Positions 10,537 to 20,638 of a stretch of DNA of 64,000 nt are shown piece after piece (position 1 is the first letter of the stretch; each line of letters opens with the position of its first letter). Under the pieces are notes generated by a model. The model did no database searches. It had not been told where the DNA came from and saw only the letters and a program-made list of their open reading frames with translations. The DNA comes from an uncultured cyanobacterium (lineage in GTDB: Bacteria; Cyanobacteriota; Cyanobacteriia; CAKZMO01), in the NCBI GenBank assembly GCA_963719515.1, contig CAVRCJ010000005.1, positions 1 through 64,000 on the forward strand, read 5' to 3'. Both the position numbers and the translations under genes were made by a program.

Positions 10537-11577
10537 ATGGCACTCTTCAAAATTGATGATCGATTCCCAAACTATCAGGAGCGTTTCCTCGACGGTAATG
10601 AGATTAAAGGCATTCCCGTCTATGCCAACGTAGATAACGAAAAAGTGGGTAGCGTTCACAATATTTTGGTAGATGACGCAGGTAGAATTCGCTATTTAGT
10701 CGTTGATACTGGGTTTTGGATACTGGGAAAAAAGGTGCTGCTGCCCATTGGTCGCTGCAGCGATGCCTCGAAGGGCGATCGCATTTACGTCAACGGTCTA
10801 ACCAAAGAACAGGTCGAAGACTTGCCCCAATACAGCGACGATATGGTGGTGGACTACGACTACGAAGAGCAGGTGCGTTCGGTATATCGTGGCCCTCTAG
10901 CCGGTGAGTCTGCTTCGGTGGAGATGTCAGTGCCCGTAGAGGGAGCCGGGCTCAAGGGCTATGCGGCTGTCCCCCCCGCTCCTGCTAGGCCCGCTCCCCC
11001 ATCCCCACCTGCTCCGGCGATCGCCTCTACGCCTCCGCGAGCGTCCCAGCCAGCGCCGCCCCCCCCGGCCAAGCTCCCTACTCCCCCTAGAGAGAAGCGC
11101 GTCGAGGTGAACGCCGATGAGTCGACCGCCTACGACCGCGAGCCCGAGCTTTACGCGATGACCGATGATCGGCACGGCCAGTTTCGCCTGTATGAGGAGA
11201 AGCTAGTAGCCGATAAGCGCCGCGAGAAGACGGGTGACGTGACGGTCACCAAGCGCATTGAGACGCAGCAGGTTGAAGGGTCCGTTCCCATTCAAAAAGA
11301 GAAAATTGTCATCGAGATAGAGTCTGTCGTCGGCGCAACCCGCGTCAACATGCCAGACGGCACCGTCGAGGCGGGTGATGTCGCTCGCACGGACCTGCAC
11401 AGCGACCAAGTGGACGTTCGTAAAGAAGCGGCTGTTCGTCAGGAGGTTACGATTCGTAAGGAAGTAGACGAGGAGGTCGTTGCGGTGCGTGATACGGTGC
11501 GCCGCGAAGAGCTAGAGGTGCAGCGGCAGGGTTCGTCTGAAGTTGACATTGTCGATCGCGACTCCTCTCGGTCCTAA
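10537..11577 (+). CDS. Second PRC-barrel + DUF2382 protein with Pro-rich linker
   Basis: IRYLVVDTGFWILGKKVLLPIG; RLYEEKLVADK; VRREELEV. Confidence 0.87.
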   Translation: MALFKIDDRFPNYQERFLDGNEIKGIPVYANVDNEKVGSVHNILVDDAGRIRYLVVDTGFWILGKKVLLPIGRCSDASKGDRIYVNGLTKEQVEDLPQYSDDMVVDYDYEEQVRSVYRGPLAGESASVEMSVPVEGAGLKGYAAVPPAPARPAPPSPPAPAIASTPPRASQPAPPPPAKLPTPPREKRVEVNADESTAYDREPELYAMTDDRHGQFRLYEEKLVADKRREKTGDVTVTKRIETQQVEGSVPIQKEKIVIEIESVVGATRVNMPDGTVEAGDVARTDLHSDQVDVRKEAAVRQEVTIRKEVDEEVVAVRDTVRREELEVQRQGSSEVDIVDRDSSRS

Positions 11578-11625
11578 ACCGTTAGCGCTGCCGGTCGCAG
11601 CCAGTTGGATCAAAATAGCAGCTTA

Positions 11626-11661
11626 TTGAGAGAGCGTACTGCTGTATGCTCTCTCAATTTT
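11626..11661 (+). terminator. Intrinsic terminator hairpin
   Basis: TTGAGAGAGCGTAC-TGCT-GTATGCTCTCTCAA followed by TTTT. Confidence 0.7.
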
Positions 11662-11771
11662 GTGTGCTGCAAGAAAGAGAAAAGCCGCAATAAAATCCAG
11701 CTCAAAGTTAGTCATTGTCGCCTATATCCGCTAGTATCGAGCAAGGTTCCCCCTAGTGGAGAGTTTTTGGG

Positions 11772-12386
11772 ATGCTAACTTTTTTGGCCCGTACTCGATT
11801 TGTGGGCAGCGCTGTGGCGATCGCTGCAGTAGTCACCGCCGCGCTGCCCTACCCAAGTCACGCCGAAGGGTCTACCGAAACAGGTGACGAAAGGCAGCGC
11901 GCAGCGCTGATGGCTGAAGGTCATGGTGGTTCCGAAAGTCATGACCACGAGGCCTCAAGCGGAGATACTCACGGTGAAAGTGCTCACGGTGGCGATCACG
12001 AGCATTCGGAAATGGAAGGTCACGACTCAGCTACAGCAGAAGAGCATAGTCACGGAACATTGGCCGTTCTAGAGGGTCAACCTACCCCAGAAGTGACGCT
12101 GACGGTGCATGATGATGCCCTGCGGGGCTGGAATTTAGAGGTCGAGCTGGAGAACTTCACCCTTGCTCCTGACGAGGTCAACGAGGCGAGCAATACCATT
12201 GAGGGGCACGCCCATCTATATGTCAACGGCGTCAAGATAACGCGGCTCTATGGCCCCTGGTATTACCTAGAATCTCTGCCCTCAGGGGAGCAAGAGCTGC
12301 GGGTGGAGCTGAACGCTAATGGCCATGAGGTGCTGACTTACGACGGCGAGGCGATCGCCGACACCGTTATCATCACCGTTCCCTAA
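11772..12386 (+). CDS. Exported His-rich putative metal-binding protein
   Basis: Signal peptide, His/Glu-rich tract, EGHAHLYVNG domain. Confidence 0.75.
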   Translation: MLTFLARTRFVGSAVAIAAVVTAALPYPSHAEGSTETGDERQRAALMAEGHGGSESHDHEASSGDTHGESAHGGDHEHSEMEGHDSATAEEHSHGTLAVLEGQPTPEVTLTVHDDALRGWNLEVELENFTLAPDEVNEASNTIEGHAHLYVNGVKITRLYGPWYYLESLPSGEQELRVELNANGHEVLTYDGEAIADTVIITVP

Positions 12387-12438
12387 CGCGCATTTCTTTT
12401 ATGGACGTTCCTGAACGGATCACACAATCGGAGGACCA

Positions 12439-13695
12439 ATGGGCGCAGAGCTATTGCTGGTTGCAGGTCTCGGATTTTTAGGCAGCTTTGGCCACTGCAT
12501 GGGCATGTGCGGCCCCATCGCGGTGGCGGCGTCGCTGTCAGTTTCTGCGGCCGAAGCTGAAGGGGGCCCTGACTCTGACTCAACGCCGCCGCTCTCCTCA
12601 CCGGCAGTCCCCTTCTGGAAAACCCTTCGATTTCATGGCCTATTAAACCTAGGGCGGCTGCTGAGCTACACCTTGGTGGGGGCGGGCATTGGGGCCCTGG
12701 GGTCCGTGCTGGTTGCCGGGGGGCAGATGGCCGGTATTGGCAGCGGCCTGCGGCAGGGCATTGCGATTGCCATGGGGGGGCTGCTGATCTGGCTGGGGGT
12801 GGTGCAGCTCAACCCTTCACTACCCCGGCTGCCCAGCCTTAACCCTATGCGGCGGGTTGGCCTGCACGAGCGGCTAACCAACCTGATGCAGTGGCTTGTC
12901 CAGCACGCTTCAGCGGCGACTCCGGTGCTAGTCGGCAGCGTTTGGGGGCTGGTTCCCTGCGGCTTTCTCTACACCGCACAAATTAAGGCAGCAGAAACGG
13001 CCAACCCCTGGAGCGGAGCGCTGGTGATGGCGGCCTTTGGCCTGGGAACCCTGCCCTCGATGGTGGGCGTCGGGGCACTGAGCGATCGCTTCAGCGGCGA
13101 CGGCGGCGCTCGCAGTCAGCTGTTTCGGCTGGGGGGCTGGCTGACGATTTTGATCGGCATTCTGACGCTGATGCGGGCCGGCGGAGAGCATATCGACTAC
13201 GCGGGCCACGGAGCGCTGCTGTGCCTAGTGGCGGCGCTGGCGGCTCGCCCGCTGGCCCGCTGGTGGAACGCGCCGCTGCGCTACCGGCGGCTGCTAGGGG
13301 TCGGCGGCTTCGTGCTGTCGGTGGTGCATATGCTGCAGATGGTGGTACACAGCTGGCAGTGGAATCTAGATGCGATCGCCTTTATGCTGCCTCAGCATCA
13401 GCTTGGCGTGGCGCTGGGGACCGCATCGCTAGCGTTACTGACGCCCCTAGCTTTGACCAGCTTCGACTGGGCACAGGCTGCTATGGGGCGCTGGTGGCGA
13501 CGACTACACCTGTTGTCGGTGCCCGCATTTTTGCTGGCGGCCCTGCATACGGTGCTCATTGGTAGTCACTATCTGGGTCGAATGCAGATCAGCTGGGTCA
13601 ACATTACTTTGCTAGCGGTGTTGGGCGCTTCGGCAGTGGCGATTTTAGCGCTGCGATTCCCTTGGCCAAGGCAGGCCTCGCTTCACAAGCAATAA
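12439..13695 (+). CDS. DsbD_2/UreH-like (TauE/SafE-annotated) transporter fused to a ferric-reductase-like TM domain
   Basis: GHCMGMCGP and GLVPCGFLY motifs; C-terminal YRRLLG...LALTS...WRRLHLL. Confidence 0.8.
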   Translation: MGAELLLVAGLGFLGSFGHCMGMCGPIAVAASLSVSAAEAEGGPDSDSTPPLSSPAVPFWKTLRFHGLLNLGRLLSYTLVGAGIGALGSVLVAGGQMAGIGSGLRQGIAIAMGGLLIWLGVVQLNPSLPRLPSLNPMRRVGLHERLTNLMQWLVQHASAATPVLVGSVWGLVPCGFLYTAQIKAAETANPWSGALVMAAFGLGTLPSMVGVGALSDRFSGDGGARSQLFRLGGWLTILIGILTLMRAGGEHIDYAGHGALLCLVAALAARPLARWWNAPLRYRRLLGVGGFVLSVVHMLQMVVHSWQWNLDAIAFMLPQHQLGVALGTASLALLTPLALTSFDWAQAAMGRWWRRLHLLSVPAFLLAALHTVLIGSHYLGRMQISWVNITLLAVLGASAVAILALRFPWPRQASLHKQ

Positions 13696-13727
13696 AGCAC
13701 GTCTTTTAAAATTCACTAGAGATAATC

Positions 13728-14198
13728 ATGCGAGTTCACGTCCACTTCCCCAAAGTCATCGCGTTCGGAATTGCGACCACTGCGATCGCCCTCCCCACGG
13801 CATCCGCCCTATTTTTAGCGTCAAACCTAGCGCCCGCCCTGGCCCACCAGGTTACCGTCGCAGATAACGTCGGTGGCACCCTCCACATTGAGCCCAACGA
13901 CGTCCCTCGCGCAGGCCAGGAGGGCCTCGCTTGGTTTGCCCTCACGCGGCGCGGCGGCCAGGCCATCCCCCTGTCTGCCTGCCGCTGCGCTCTGTCGGTG
14001 TACCCGTCCTCTGGAGGAGCGGCGATCGCCACCCCCGCCCTAGAGGCCATTACTGCCGAGGGCTATCGGGGCATTCCCAGCGCTCGCCTCACGTTTCCGC
14101 GCCCCGGCCAGTATGAGCTGGTGCTCACCGGTCGTCCCGTCACCGAAAATGGCTTTCAGCCCTTTACCCTGCGGTTTGACGTTACGGTAGCCCGCTAG
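13728..14198 (+). CDS. Exported hypothetical protein (Ig-like, YtkA-like)
   Basis: Signal peptide ending ALA-H, HIEPND, CxC, FPRPGQYEL. Confidence 0.7.
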   Translation: MRVHVHFPKVIAFGIATTAIALPTASALFLASNLAPALAHQVTVADNVGGTLHIEPNDVPRAGQEGLAWFALTRRGGQAIPLSACRCALSVYPSSGGAAIATPALEAITAEGYRGIPSARLTFPRPGQYELVLTGRPVTENGFQPFTLRFDVTVAR

Positions 14199-14207
14199 AA
14201 CTGATCT

Positions 14208-14278
14208 ATTGGGGTTGAGCCATTGGGGTTGAGCCATTGGAGCCAAGCCATTGACGCCAAGCCGTTGGCATCTACGCC
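14208..14278. repeat. Degenerate 14-bp tandem repeat
   Basis: ATTGGGGTTGAGCC x2, then ATTGGAGCCAAGCC and ATTGACGCCAAGCC. Confidence 0.65.
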
Positions 14279-14362
14279 AGCAAGCAACGCCAAAAGGCAG
14301 GATGTGCCGCCTGCTTGTTACAGTGTATTCTTGAATCCGATATCCAATCAGGCCATCCCCTC

Positions 14363-14773
14363 ATGGAATTTAAGTACACCTACACCCGGCTCCACGTGGC
14401 CAACTTCGACGTCTGCAAAGCCTTTTACAGAGACGTCTTAGGATTACCTGTCAGCTTTGAAGACAGCATGGATGAGTACGCTGAATTCGACACTGGCCTC
14501 ACCAAAATCTCCCTCATCAACCGAGATAAACTTCCAGAATTTGTGGGCCGCGACGAGCCCCTCACCTACAGCCCTGACGATGCCAGCATTGCGCTGACCT
14601 TTGTCGTCAACAACGTTGAGGAAGCGGTGGAGTACCTGACCTCAAAAGGGGTCAGTATGGCTAACCAGCCCGCCAACTTCCCCGACCGCGGCTACGTCTC
14701 TGTATGCTTCCACGATCCGGACGGCAACTTGGTCGAGCTAGAGCAAATGACAGACGTGGTAATTGGCGGCTAA
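14363..14773 (+). CDS. VOC/glyoxalase family protein
   Basis: TRLHVANF...FYRDVLGL; FHDPDGNLVEL. Confidence 0.88.
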   Translation: MEFKYTYTRLHVANFDVCKAFYRDVLGLPVSFEDSMDEYAEFDTGLTKISLINRDKLPEFVGRDEPLTYSPDDASIALTFVVNNVEEAVEYLTSKGVSMANQPANFPDRGYVSVCFHDPDGNLVELEQMTDVVIGG

Positions 14774-14777
14774 ACCC

Positions 14778-16124
14778 CTACTCCTTCATTATCTGCTCGA
14801 CGAAGTTTGTGGAGATATCTCCAGATTGGAACGCAGCCGACTGTAGAATCCGCTGGTGAAACCCGATCGTCGTGGGCAGTCCGGTAATCGCGCACTCCCG
14901 CAGCGCTCGCTGCATGCGGCGAATGGCCGCAGGGCGATCGGGTCCCCACACGATGATTTTGCCAATCAGCGAATCATAGTAAGGGGGAATCTCGTAGTCG
15001 GTATAAACGTGGGAATCCATGCGTACGCCGGGGCCGCCGGGGGGCAAATAGCCGCTGATGCGGCCGGGATGGGGCCGGAAGTTGTGGTCTGGGTCTTCGG
15101 CGTTAATGCGGCACTCAATCGTGTGACCCCTCAGCTGCACCTCAGACTGCGACAGCTGCAGCTTTTCCCCCTGAGCAATGCGGATCTGCTCGGCAATCAG
15201 GTCCACCCCCGTCACCATTTCCGTTACCGGGTGTTCTACCTGAATGCGGGTATTCATCTCCATAAAATAGAAATCGCCCGACACGTCTAGCAAAAACTCG
15301 ACGGTTCCGGCCCCCACATAGCTGATAGACTTCGCGACCTTAATAGCGGCGTTGCCCATCTGACGGCGCTGCTTATCGCTGAGAACCGAGCTGGGGGACT
15401 CTTCGAGCAGCTTTTGATGGCGGCGCTGAATCGAGCAGTCGCGCTCGCCCAGATGAATCACGTTGCCGTGGCTGTCGGCCAGAATCTGAAATTCAACGTG
15501 GCGGGGCTTTTGGACGTACTTTTCCAGGTAAACACCAGGGTTGCCAAAAGCAGCCTCTGCCTCGCCTCGGGCGGCGAAAAACAGCTTAACTAAATCTGCC
15601 TCTTCGTGGACGAGGCGCATACCGCGGCCCCCACCCCCCGCCGTCGCTTTAATCATCACCGGGTAGCCGATTTCTTTAGCCACCACCAGCGCCTCGTTCT
15701 CGTCGGTGAGCAATCCTTGGCTTCCCGGCACGGTGGGAACGCCAATGCGCTTCATCGTAGCCCGCGCCGTGGACTTGTCCCCCATTGCCTGCATCGCTTC
15801 CGGCGTGGGGCCAATAAAGGTAATCTGATGATCCGCACAAATTTCAGCGAACCGGGCGTTCTCGGCCAAAAAGCCATAGCCCGGATGGATTGCCGTCGCG
15901 TTGTGCATCAGAGCGGCGGAAATAATATTGGGAATGTTGAGATAGCTGCGGTTGCTGGGGGGATCTCCGATACAAACTGTTTGGTCGGCAAGCTGCACAT
16001 GGAGAGCGTGGCGATCGATTGTGGAATGCACCGCAACCGTTGAGATACCCATTTCCTCGCACGTGCGAAGAATTCGCAGCGCGATCTCACCTCGGTTGGC
16101 AATTAAAACTTTGGAAAACTGCAT
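14778..16124 (-). CDS. accC: Acetyl-CoA carboxylase biotin carboxylase
   Basis: [39 protein letters not shown]. Confidence 0.97.
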   Translation of the reverse strand: MQFSKVLIANRGEIALRILRTCEEMGISTVAVHSTIDRHALHVQLADQTVCIGDPPSNRSYLNIPNIISAALMHNATAIHPGYGFLAENARFAEICADHQITFIGPTPEAMQAMGDKSTARATMKRIGVPTVPGSQGLLTDENEALVVAKEIGYPVMIKATAGGGGRGMRLVHEEADLVKLFFAARGEAEAAFGNPGVYLEKYVQKPRHVEFQILADSHGNVIHLGERDCSIQRRHQKLLEESPSSVLSDKQRRQMGNAAIKVAKSISYVGAGTVEFLLDVSGDFYFMEMNTRIQVEHPVTEMVTGVDLIAEQIRIAQGEKLQLSQSEVQLRGHTIECRINAEDPDHNFRPHPGRISGYLPPGGPGVRMDSHVYTDYEIPPYYDSLIGKIIVWGPDRPAAIRRMQRALRECAITGLPTTIGFHQRILQSAAFQSGDISTNFVEQIMKE

Positions 16125-16319
16125 CTTCCCAATCAAGACGAATACAGGGGACACAAAAACCATCCAGCCCTTTTAAGCTAGACGGGCCTGATGACGCCAT
16201 TTACAGCGGCTGGTCAGGAGTTGATCGTATCACTCCGACACACCTTCGCGATCGCCTCTTCTGTTTTGGGCATTGGCTAAGCGCAGCCATAATGAGAATC
16301 AATAGGCGCCAATCGCACT

Positions 16320-16349
16320 CGTAGGGGCGCAGCATGCTGCGCCCCTACG
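16320..16349. repeat. GTAG-type REP-like palindrome
   Basis: Perfect palindrome CGTAGGGGCGCAGCATGCTGCGCCCCTACG; related copy at 20242-20267. Confidence 0.8.
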
Positions 16350-16378
16350 GGATTCAAACAATTTGACTGCGCTAAGTC

Positions 16379-17095
16379 CTACTCTGCTGTTGCCAGCTCT
16401 GTGCTGCCCCGCGCCCGTCGCCGGGTCAGGGTATTGAAGAGCATCTGACCAATGGCCATGACCAGGTTGCCCTCAAGCTCATTGAACAGCTTCATGTTCA
16501 TGCCGAAGGCCGCGTTGGCTTCATCCACAATCTCCTGGGCCGTCTCGTCGTCTACGGGTAGATTGTCCATCGCGCTGCGGTAGGTATTCTTAAACGCCTT
16601 CTCGTCGTCGATGTCGGCAAACTCATAGAAGGCGGTCCCCTGACCTTCGCTGAGGTTCATCCCCCGCTGGGCAATCTTTTTGAGAATCTGGCCGCCGGAG
16701 AGGTCGCCTAGGTAGCGCGTGTAGGAGTGAGCCACCAGTAGCTCCGGCTGCTCCGCCGAAATCTGGCGGATGCGATCGACATAGGCTTGAGCCGCCGGGG
16801 AAATGGAGATCTCCTCGCGCCAGTCGCTGCCAAAGTAATACTGAAGATCTTTCTCCAGACTTGCTTTTCGGTTGAGCTCGGGGAAGTAGATTTTAGAAAG
16901 GATGGGGTGCTCGCGGTGCTTTTCCATCTCCTCCTCCATTGCTGAGTAGACAAAATAGAGGTTGGAGACCAGCTTCCGGTAGGAGGTCTTTTCGACGACT
17001 CCTTTTAGAAAGCACTTAACAAACCCCACGTTTTCCGCCATCGTGTGAGACTTTTTAGTTCCCTCACGCAGCTGCGTTGCTAAATTACCGCTCAT
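16379..17095 (-). CDS. ho1: Heme oxygenase
   Basis: LREGTKKSHTMAENVGF, HSYTRYLGDLSGGQILK. Confidence 0.95.
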   Translation of the reverse strand: MSGNLATQLREGTKKSHTMAENVGFVKCFLKGVVEKTSYRKLVSNLYFVYSAMEEEMEKHREHPILSKIYFPELNRKASLEKDLQYYFGSDWREEISISPAAQAYVDRIRQISAEQPELLVAHSYTRYLGDLSGGQILKKIAQRGMNLSEGQGTAFYEFADIDDEKAFKNTYRSAMDNLPVDDETAQEIVDEANAAFGMNMKLFNELEGNLVMAIGQMLFNTLTRRRARGSTELATAE

Positions 17096-17264
17096 GCTAA
17101 CTGTCCTATGTAACCGCTGTTGCTATGTATGGTGCGTTTATCGACTTACCGTCCCTGCCCCAATCAGCAGAGTAGCCGCATTATAAATTCAATCTCTAGA
17201 CTGTCATAAAACACCCGGTTGATGAGAGCTTATGTTAAAAAATTTAACGCCGTTTGGCTTGGCC

Positions 17265-17978
17265 CTAAACTCGAATGGCTTCCAAAAGCCGCGAGAAATA
17301 GAAGCTCGTCTTTGTCATGGCGTTGCGCTCAATCTTCCAGCCATTGGCCTCTAAAAACCGGACGATTTCCGTCTCTCGGTGCAGGTAAGCCCGCGTCGCC
17401 TTACTGGGACCGGGAAAAAAGTCGCCTATTTTCTTGAGCAGGCTATAGGCCAAAGTCTTAGGAGCAAAGCTAACGATCAGGCGCTCCTCAGCTAGAGAAC
17501 AGAGGTGCTGCAGCATGTCTAGAGCCTGCTGCTGAGGATAGTGAATCAGCACATCAAGGCAAACCACCGTGTGGTAACGGCCCGCTAGCGCCTCTAAGTC
17601 GCTGACCTTGAACTCGGCTGAACCCGCTGGACTGGCCAGCTGCTGGTACCGCTCCTGCGCTTCCCCCACCATTTTTTCAGAGATATCGCTGCCGTAGACC
17701 GTAGCCCCCATTTGGGCCAAGGGAATGCTGAGGCTGCCTACACCGCAGCCTGCATCGCAAATTTTAAGCTGCTCTAAATTATCGTCATCTCTCAGCCAGG
17801 CGAGCACCGTGTCAACGGTTTGCTGGTGACCCTGACGAATATCGAGCTGCACTTTGTTTACCTCGCCATCGCCGTAGATCCGCCGCCAGCGATCGAAGCC
17901 GGTGGCGTTGAAATAGTCTTTGACGATGACTTTGTCATCGACGGTTTGAGCGGTGGTTTGAGCGGTATTGTTGGCCAT
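17265..17978 (-). CDS. chlM: Mg-protoporphyrin IX methyltransferase
   Basis: YFNATGFDRWRRIYG, DAGCGVGSL, CLDVLIHYP, FYFSRLLEA. Confidence 0.95.
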   Translation of the reverse strand: MANNTAQTTAQTVDDKVIVKDYFNATGFDRWRRIYGDGEVNKVQLDIRQGHQQTVDTVLAWLRDDDNLEQLKICDAGCGVGSLSIPLAQMGATVYGSDISEKMVGEAQERYQQLASPAGSAEFKVSDLEALAGRYHTVVCLDVLIHYPQQQALDMLQHLCSLAEERLIVSFAPKTLAYSLLKKIGDFFPGPSKATRAYLHRETEIVRFLEANGWKIERNAMTKTSFYFSRLLEAIRV

Positions 17979-18110
17979 TGTGTTGCAGTTAGCCCCTCTA
18001 GGCTGACGAACTAAGCTGGACGTTGAAACGCTTAGAAATTTTAACGCTTCAAATCCTATTACGGTTTGTTGAAGACTGTATCGATGTTGAGGCAACTTTG
18101 TAACGAAACT

Positions 18111-19295
18111 TTAAAGCCGCCGCGCTGCGATCGCGCTGGCTGAGGGGTCGTATGACCACCGCAGCAGCGAAGCCCGCTGTCCCGGCTTCAGGGCCGGTAG
18201 CCCTAGGGCCTGGCGGGGGGCGTCGGTGGCAAGCGCGATCGCCTCTTCCGGGCTGCATAACCCCCAGGCTACGAGGTTCTCTACCCCTGACAGCAGGCCT
18301 CGCGCCGTACCTGCCAGAGTGCCGTCCAGCAGACGCGCCGTGCCGTCAGTCACCTCGATCTCGCGGGTATCCCAAGGGTAGCGCCCGTCAGGCAGCCCCA
18401 GAGGGGAAAGGGCGTCGCTGACGAGAAATAGGCTACGGGCCGTTGTGCCTGCCGGGCCACCCCGCGACGCTCGCAGCAGGAGGTCCAGCATCGCAGGGCA
18501 GACGTGCTGCCCGTCAGCGATCAAGCCACAGGCCACCCCCGGCATTGTCAGGGCCACCCCCAACAGCCCCGGTTCCCGGTGATGCAGAGGCGGCATCGCA
18601 TTAAAAGCATGAGTGACCATAGAAGCCCCCTGCTCAAAGGCCGCTTGGGCTTGGGCCGCGGTGGCTAGGGAATGGCCTAGACTGACGGTGATTCCAAGCG
18701 ATCGCAGATAGCCTAGGGCGGCGCCCGTTGGGTCTAACTCGGGGGCGAGGGTGACAACTCTAACCAAGTCGCCATACTCCCCCAGCACCGCGCCGACTTG
18801 CCCTACGGTCAAGGGCCTGAGGTGCGCTTCCGGGTGAGCGCCTCGCTTAGCGGCGTTGAGGAACGGCCCTTCTAGATGCACGCCGAGGATTTGGGCGGTC
18901 CGCGCCTGTGGCGATCGCTGCTGATGGGTCTGAATGACCCCTAACGCCCGGTGAATGTTTTCGATGGAGGTGGTCACCAGCGTCGGTAGAAAAGCATCGA
19001 CGCCCATTTCCCAGAGATGTCGGCAGATTTTGTCTAATGTCCCTAAGTGCTTGTCTTCTAGCTCAGGAAACGCCAGCCCTAACGCTCCGTTGATTTGCAG
19101 GTCAACGCCACCTAGCGATATCCAATCTCCCCCCACATCGACTGTCTGAATGCGATCGCCCTCGACCTGAGCCATGACCTGAGCGCTGGGCCACACGGCA
19201 GTAATCTGGCCCGCTGCGTCAATAGAAATATTCTGTAGCCCGGTATGACCAATAAGAGCGGCGTTTTTGATTAGGGTAGGTTGATTGGGGTTCAT
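18111..19295 (-). CDS. nagA: N-acetylglucosamine-6-phosphate deacetylase
   Basis: DLQING, GVHLEGPFL, KRGAH, THAFNAM, ADGQHV. Confidence 0.93.
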   Translation of the reverse strand: MNPNQPTLIKNAALIGHTGLQNISIDAAGQITAVWPSAQVMAQVEGDRIQTVDVGGDWISLGGVDLQINGALGLAFPELEDKHLGTLDKICRHLWEMGVDAFLPTLVTTSIENIHRALGVIQTHQQRSPQARTAQILGVHLEGPFLNAAKRGAHPEAHLRPLTVGQVGAVLGEYGDLVRVVTLAPELDPTGAALGYLRSLGITVSLGHSLATAAQAQAAFEQGASMVTHAFNAMPPLHHREPGLLGVALTMPGVACGLIADGQHVCPAMLDLLLRASRGGPAGTTARSLFLVSDALSPLGLPDGRYPWDTREIEVTDGTARLLDGTLAGTARGLLSGVENLVAWGLCSPEEAIALATDAPRQALGLPALKPGQRASLLRWSYDPSASAIAARRL

Positions 19296-19433
19296 GCTAT
19301 GTCATCTTGAAGGGACTAGGTGTCGGGGGGCTTGGGGACACTCTAGAATCTTGATACGGTACAGTCGCAGGCTGGGTTGGCGACAGCGTAACCCAGCGAA
19401 ACTGTAGAGCATCGGCGCGCTCAATCTAGCGAT

Positions 19434-20144
19434 TCACAGCACCACCTCCGCTAGCCCCAGATACCGAATCCCCTGCGGCGTCACCTCAAACCGGCAGGGC
19501 AGCACCTCCAAACCCTGATCTACCCCAGCTCGCAGCAGTGCTCCGTAGTCCGGGTCAGTTGTATCGCCGGGCGAAAACCGCGTGCAGTCGCTGCGATTGA
19601 TAAAATAGAGCATCACCGCCCTTGTGTCAGGCAGCAGATTCGTCAGCTCCCGCAGGTGCTTTTGCCCTCGCGTGGTCACCGTATCGGGAAATAGGGCTGT
19701 CGCCCCGTCGGTCCAAGTCGTGTTCTTCACCTCCACATAGGCAGGTGGCTTGCCCTCTGCCGTCAGCAGAAAGTCGATGCGGCTCTTCTGACCTGTGCCG
19801 TAGGGCACCTCGCTTTTAATGGTGTCGTAGGTCGCTAGCTCCTCAAAAACTGCCGCCCCCAACGCCGATTTGACCACCCGGTTGGGCAACGCCGTATTCA
19901 CCCCTACCCAAACGCCATCAGTCTGAATAGCCTCCCAGGTATAGGCCAGCTTGCGTTTGGGATTGTCGCTGTGAGACAGCAGCACGGCACTACCCACCTG
20001 TGATACGCCAGTCATAGGGCCGGTGTTAGGGCAGTGGGCCGTTACAGTTTCGCCGTTGTCTAGTGCGACGTCGGCCAAAAAGCGTTTGTAGCGCTTTATT
20101 AAAGTGCCTTGGACTAAGTCTGGGTAGGCGTAGTGCCAGCTCAT
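19434..20144 (-). CDS. sfsA: DNA/RNA nuclease SfsA
   Basis: RYKRFLADV, HCPNTGPM, RIDFLL, EVKN, FPDTVTTRGQKH. Confidence 0.95.
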   Translation of the reverse strand: MSWHYAYPDLVQGTLIKRYKRFLADVALDNGETVTAHCPNTGPMTGVSQVGSAVLLSHSDNPKRKLAYTWEAIQTDGVWVGVNTALPNRVVKSALGAAVFEELATYDTIKSEVPYGTGQKSRIDFLLTAEGKPPAYVEVKNTTWTDGATALFPDTVTTRGQKHLRELTNLLPDTRAVMLYFINRSDCTRFSPGDTTDPDYGALLRAGVDQGLEVLPCRFEVTPQGIRYLGLAEVVL

Positions 20145-20241
20145 GATTGCGTCGCGTTATAGACAGCCCCCGTACAATACGGAAGTCTTTAGCAGCGCGC
20201 AATAGCTGCATAACCTCTAGAGACGTAGGTCCAACATATTA

Positions 20242-20267
20242 CAGGGGCACAGCATGCTGCGCCCCTG
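20242..20267. repeat. REP-like palindrome
   Basis: CAGGGGCACAGCATGCTGCGCCCCTG, a variant of the 16320 copy. Confidence 0.7.
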
Positions 20268-20317
20268 CGGGTATCGCGGCGAACGCGCGACGGTCTGGAA
20301 TATTTTTGGGGGCGTGA

Positions 20318-20461
20318 TTACTTCAAGATGCCGAAGTAGAAAGCCGCCACGAGGAAGTTACCGGCCAGCAGCAGTAGCGCCCAGCCAAAGCGGAACGGAT
20401 AGGGAGGATTGCCCGTGGTGGGAACGTCGGCCTTCAGTTGCTGTTGCTTAGAAGTCGTCAT
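20318..20461 (-). CDS. psaX: Photosystem I subunit PsaX (47 aa)
   Basis: Translated by hand: MTTSKQQQLKADVPTTGNPPYPFRFGWALLLLAGNFLVAAFYFGILK; below the ORF-track cutoff. Confidence 0.9.
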   Translation of the reverse strand: MTTSKQQQLKADVPTTGNPPYPFRFGWALLLLAGNFLVAAFYFGILK

Positions 20462-20638
20462 AAGAGCTCCAGATAGATTGAACGGTTAACGCCCCGCCCT
20501 TTGGTCTCTACCGTCACCAATGACGCTAGCTGAGCAAGCGGGATCATTAAATCATTATTAAACATGAGCGGTCAGTCGTCAGCATCCTCATGGCGTAAAT
20601 TCACAAAAATAGTTCTGCCGGTAGGCAGAATTCTGACA

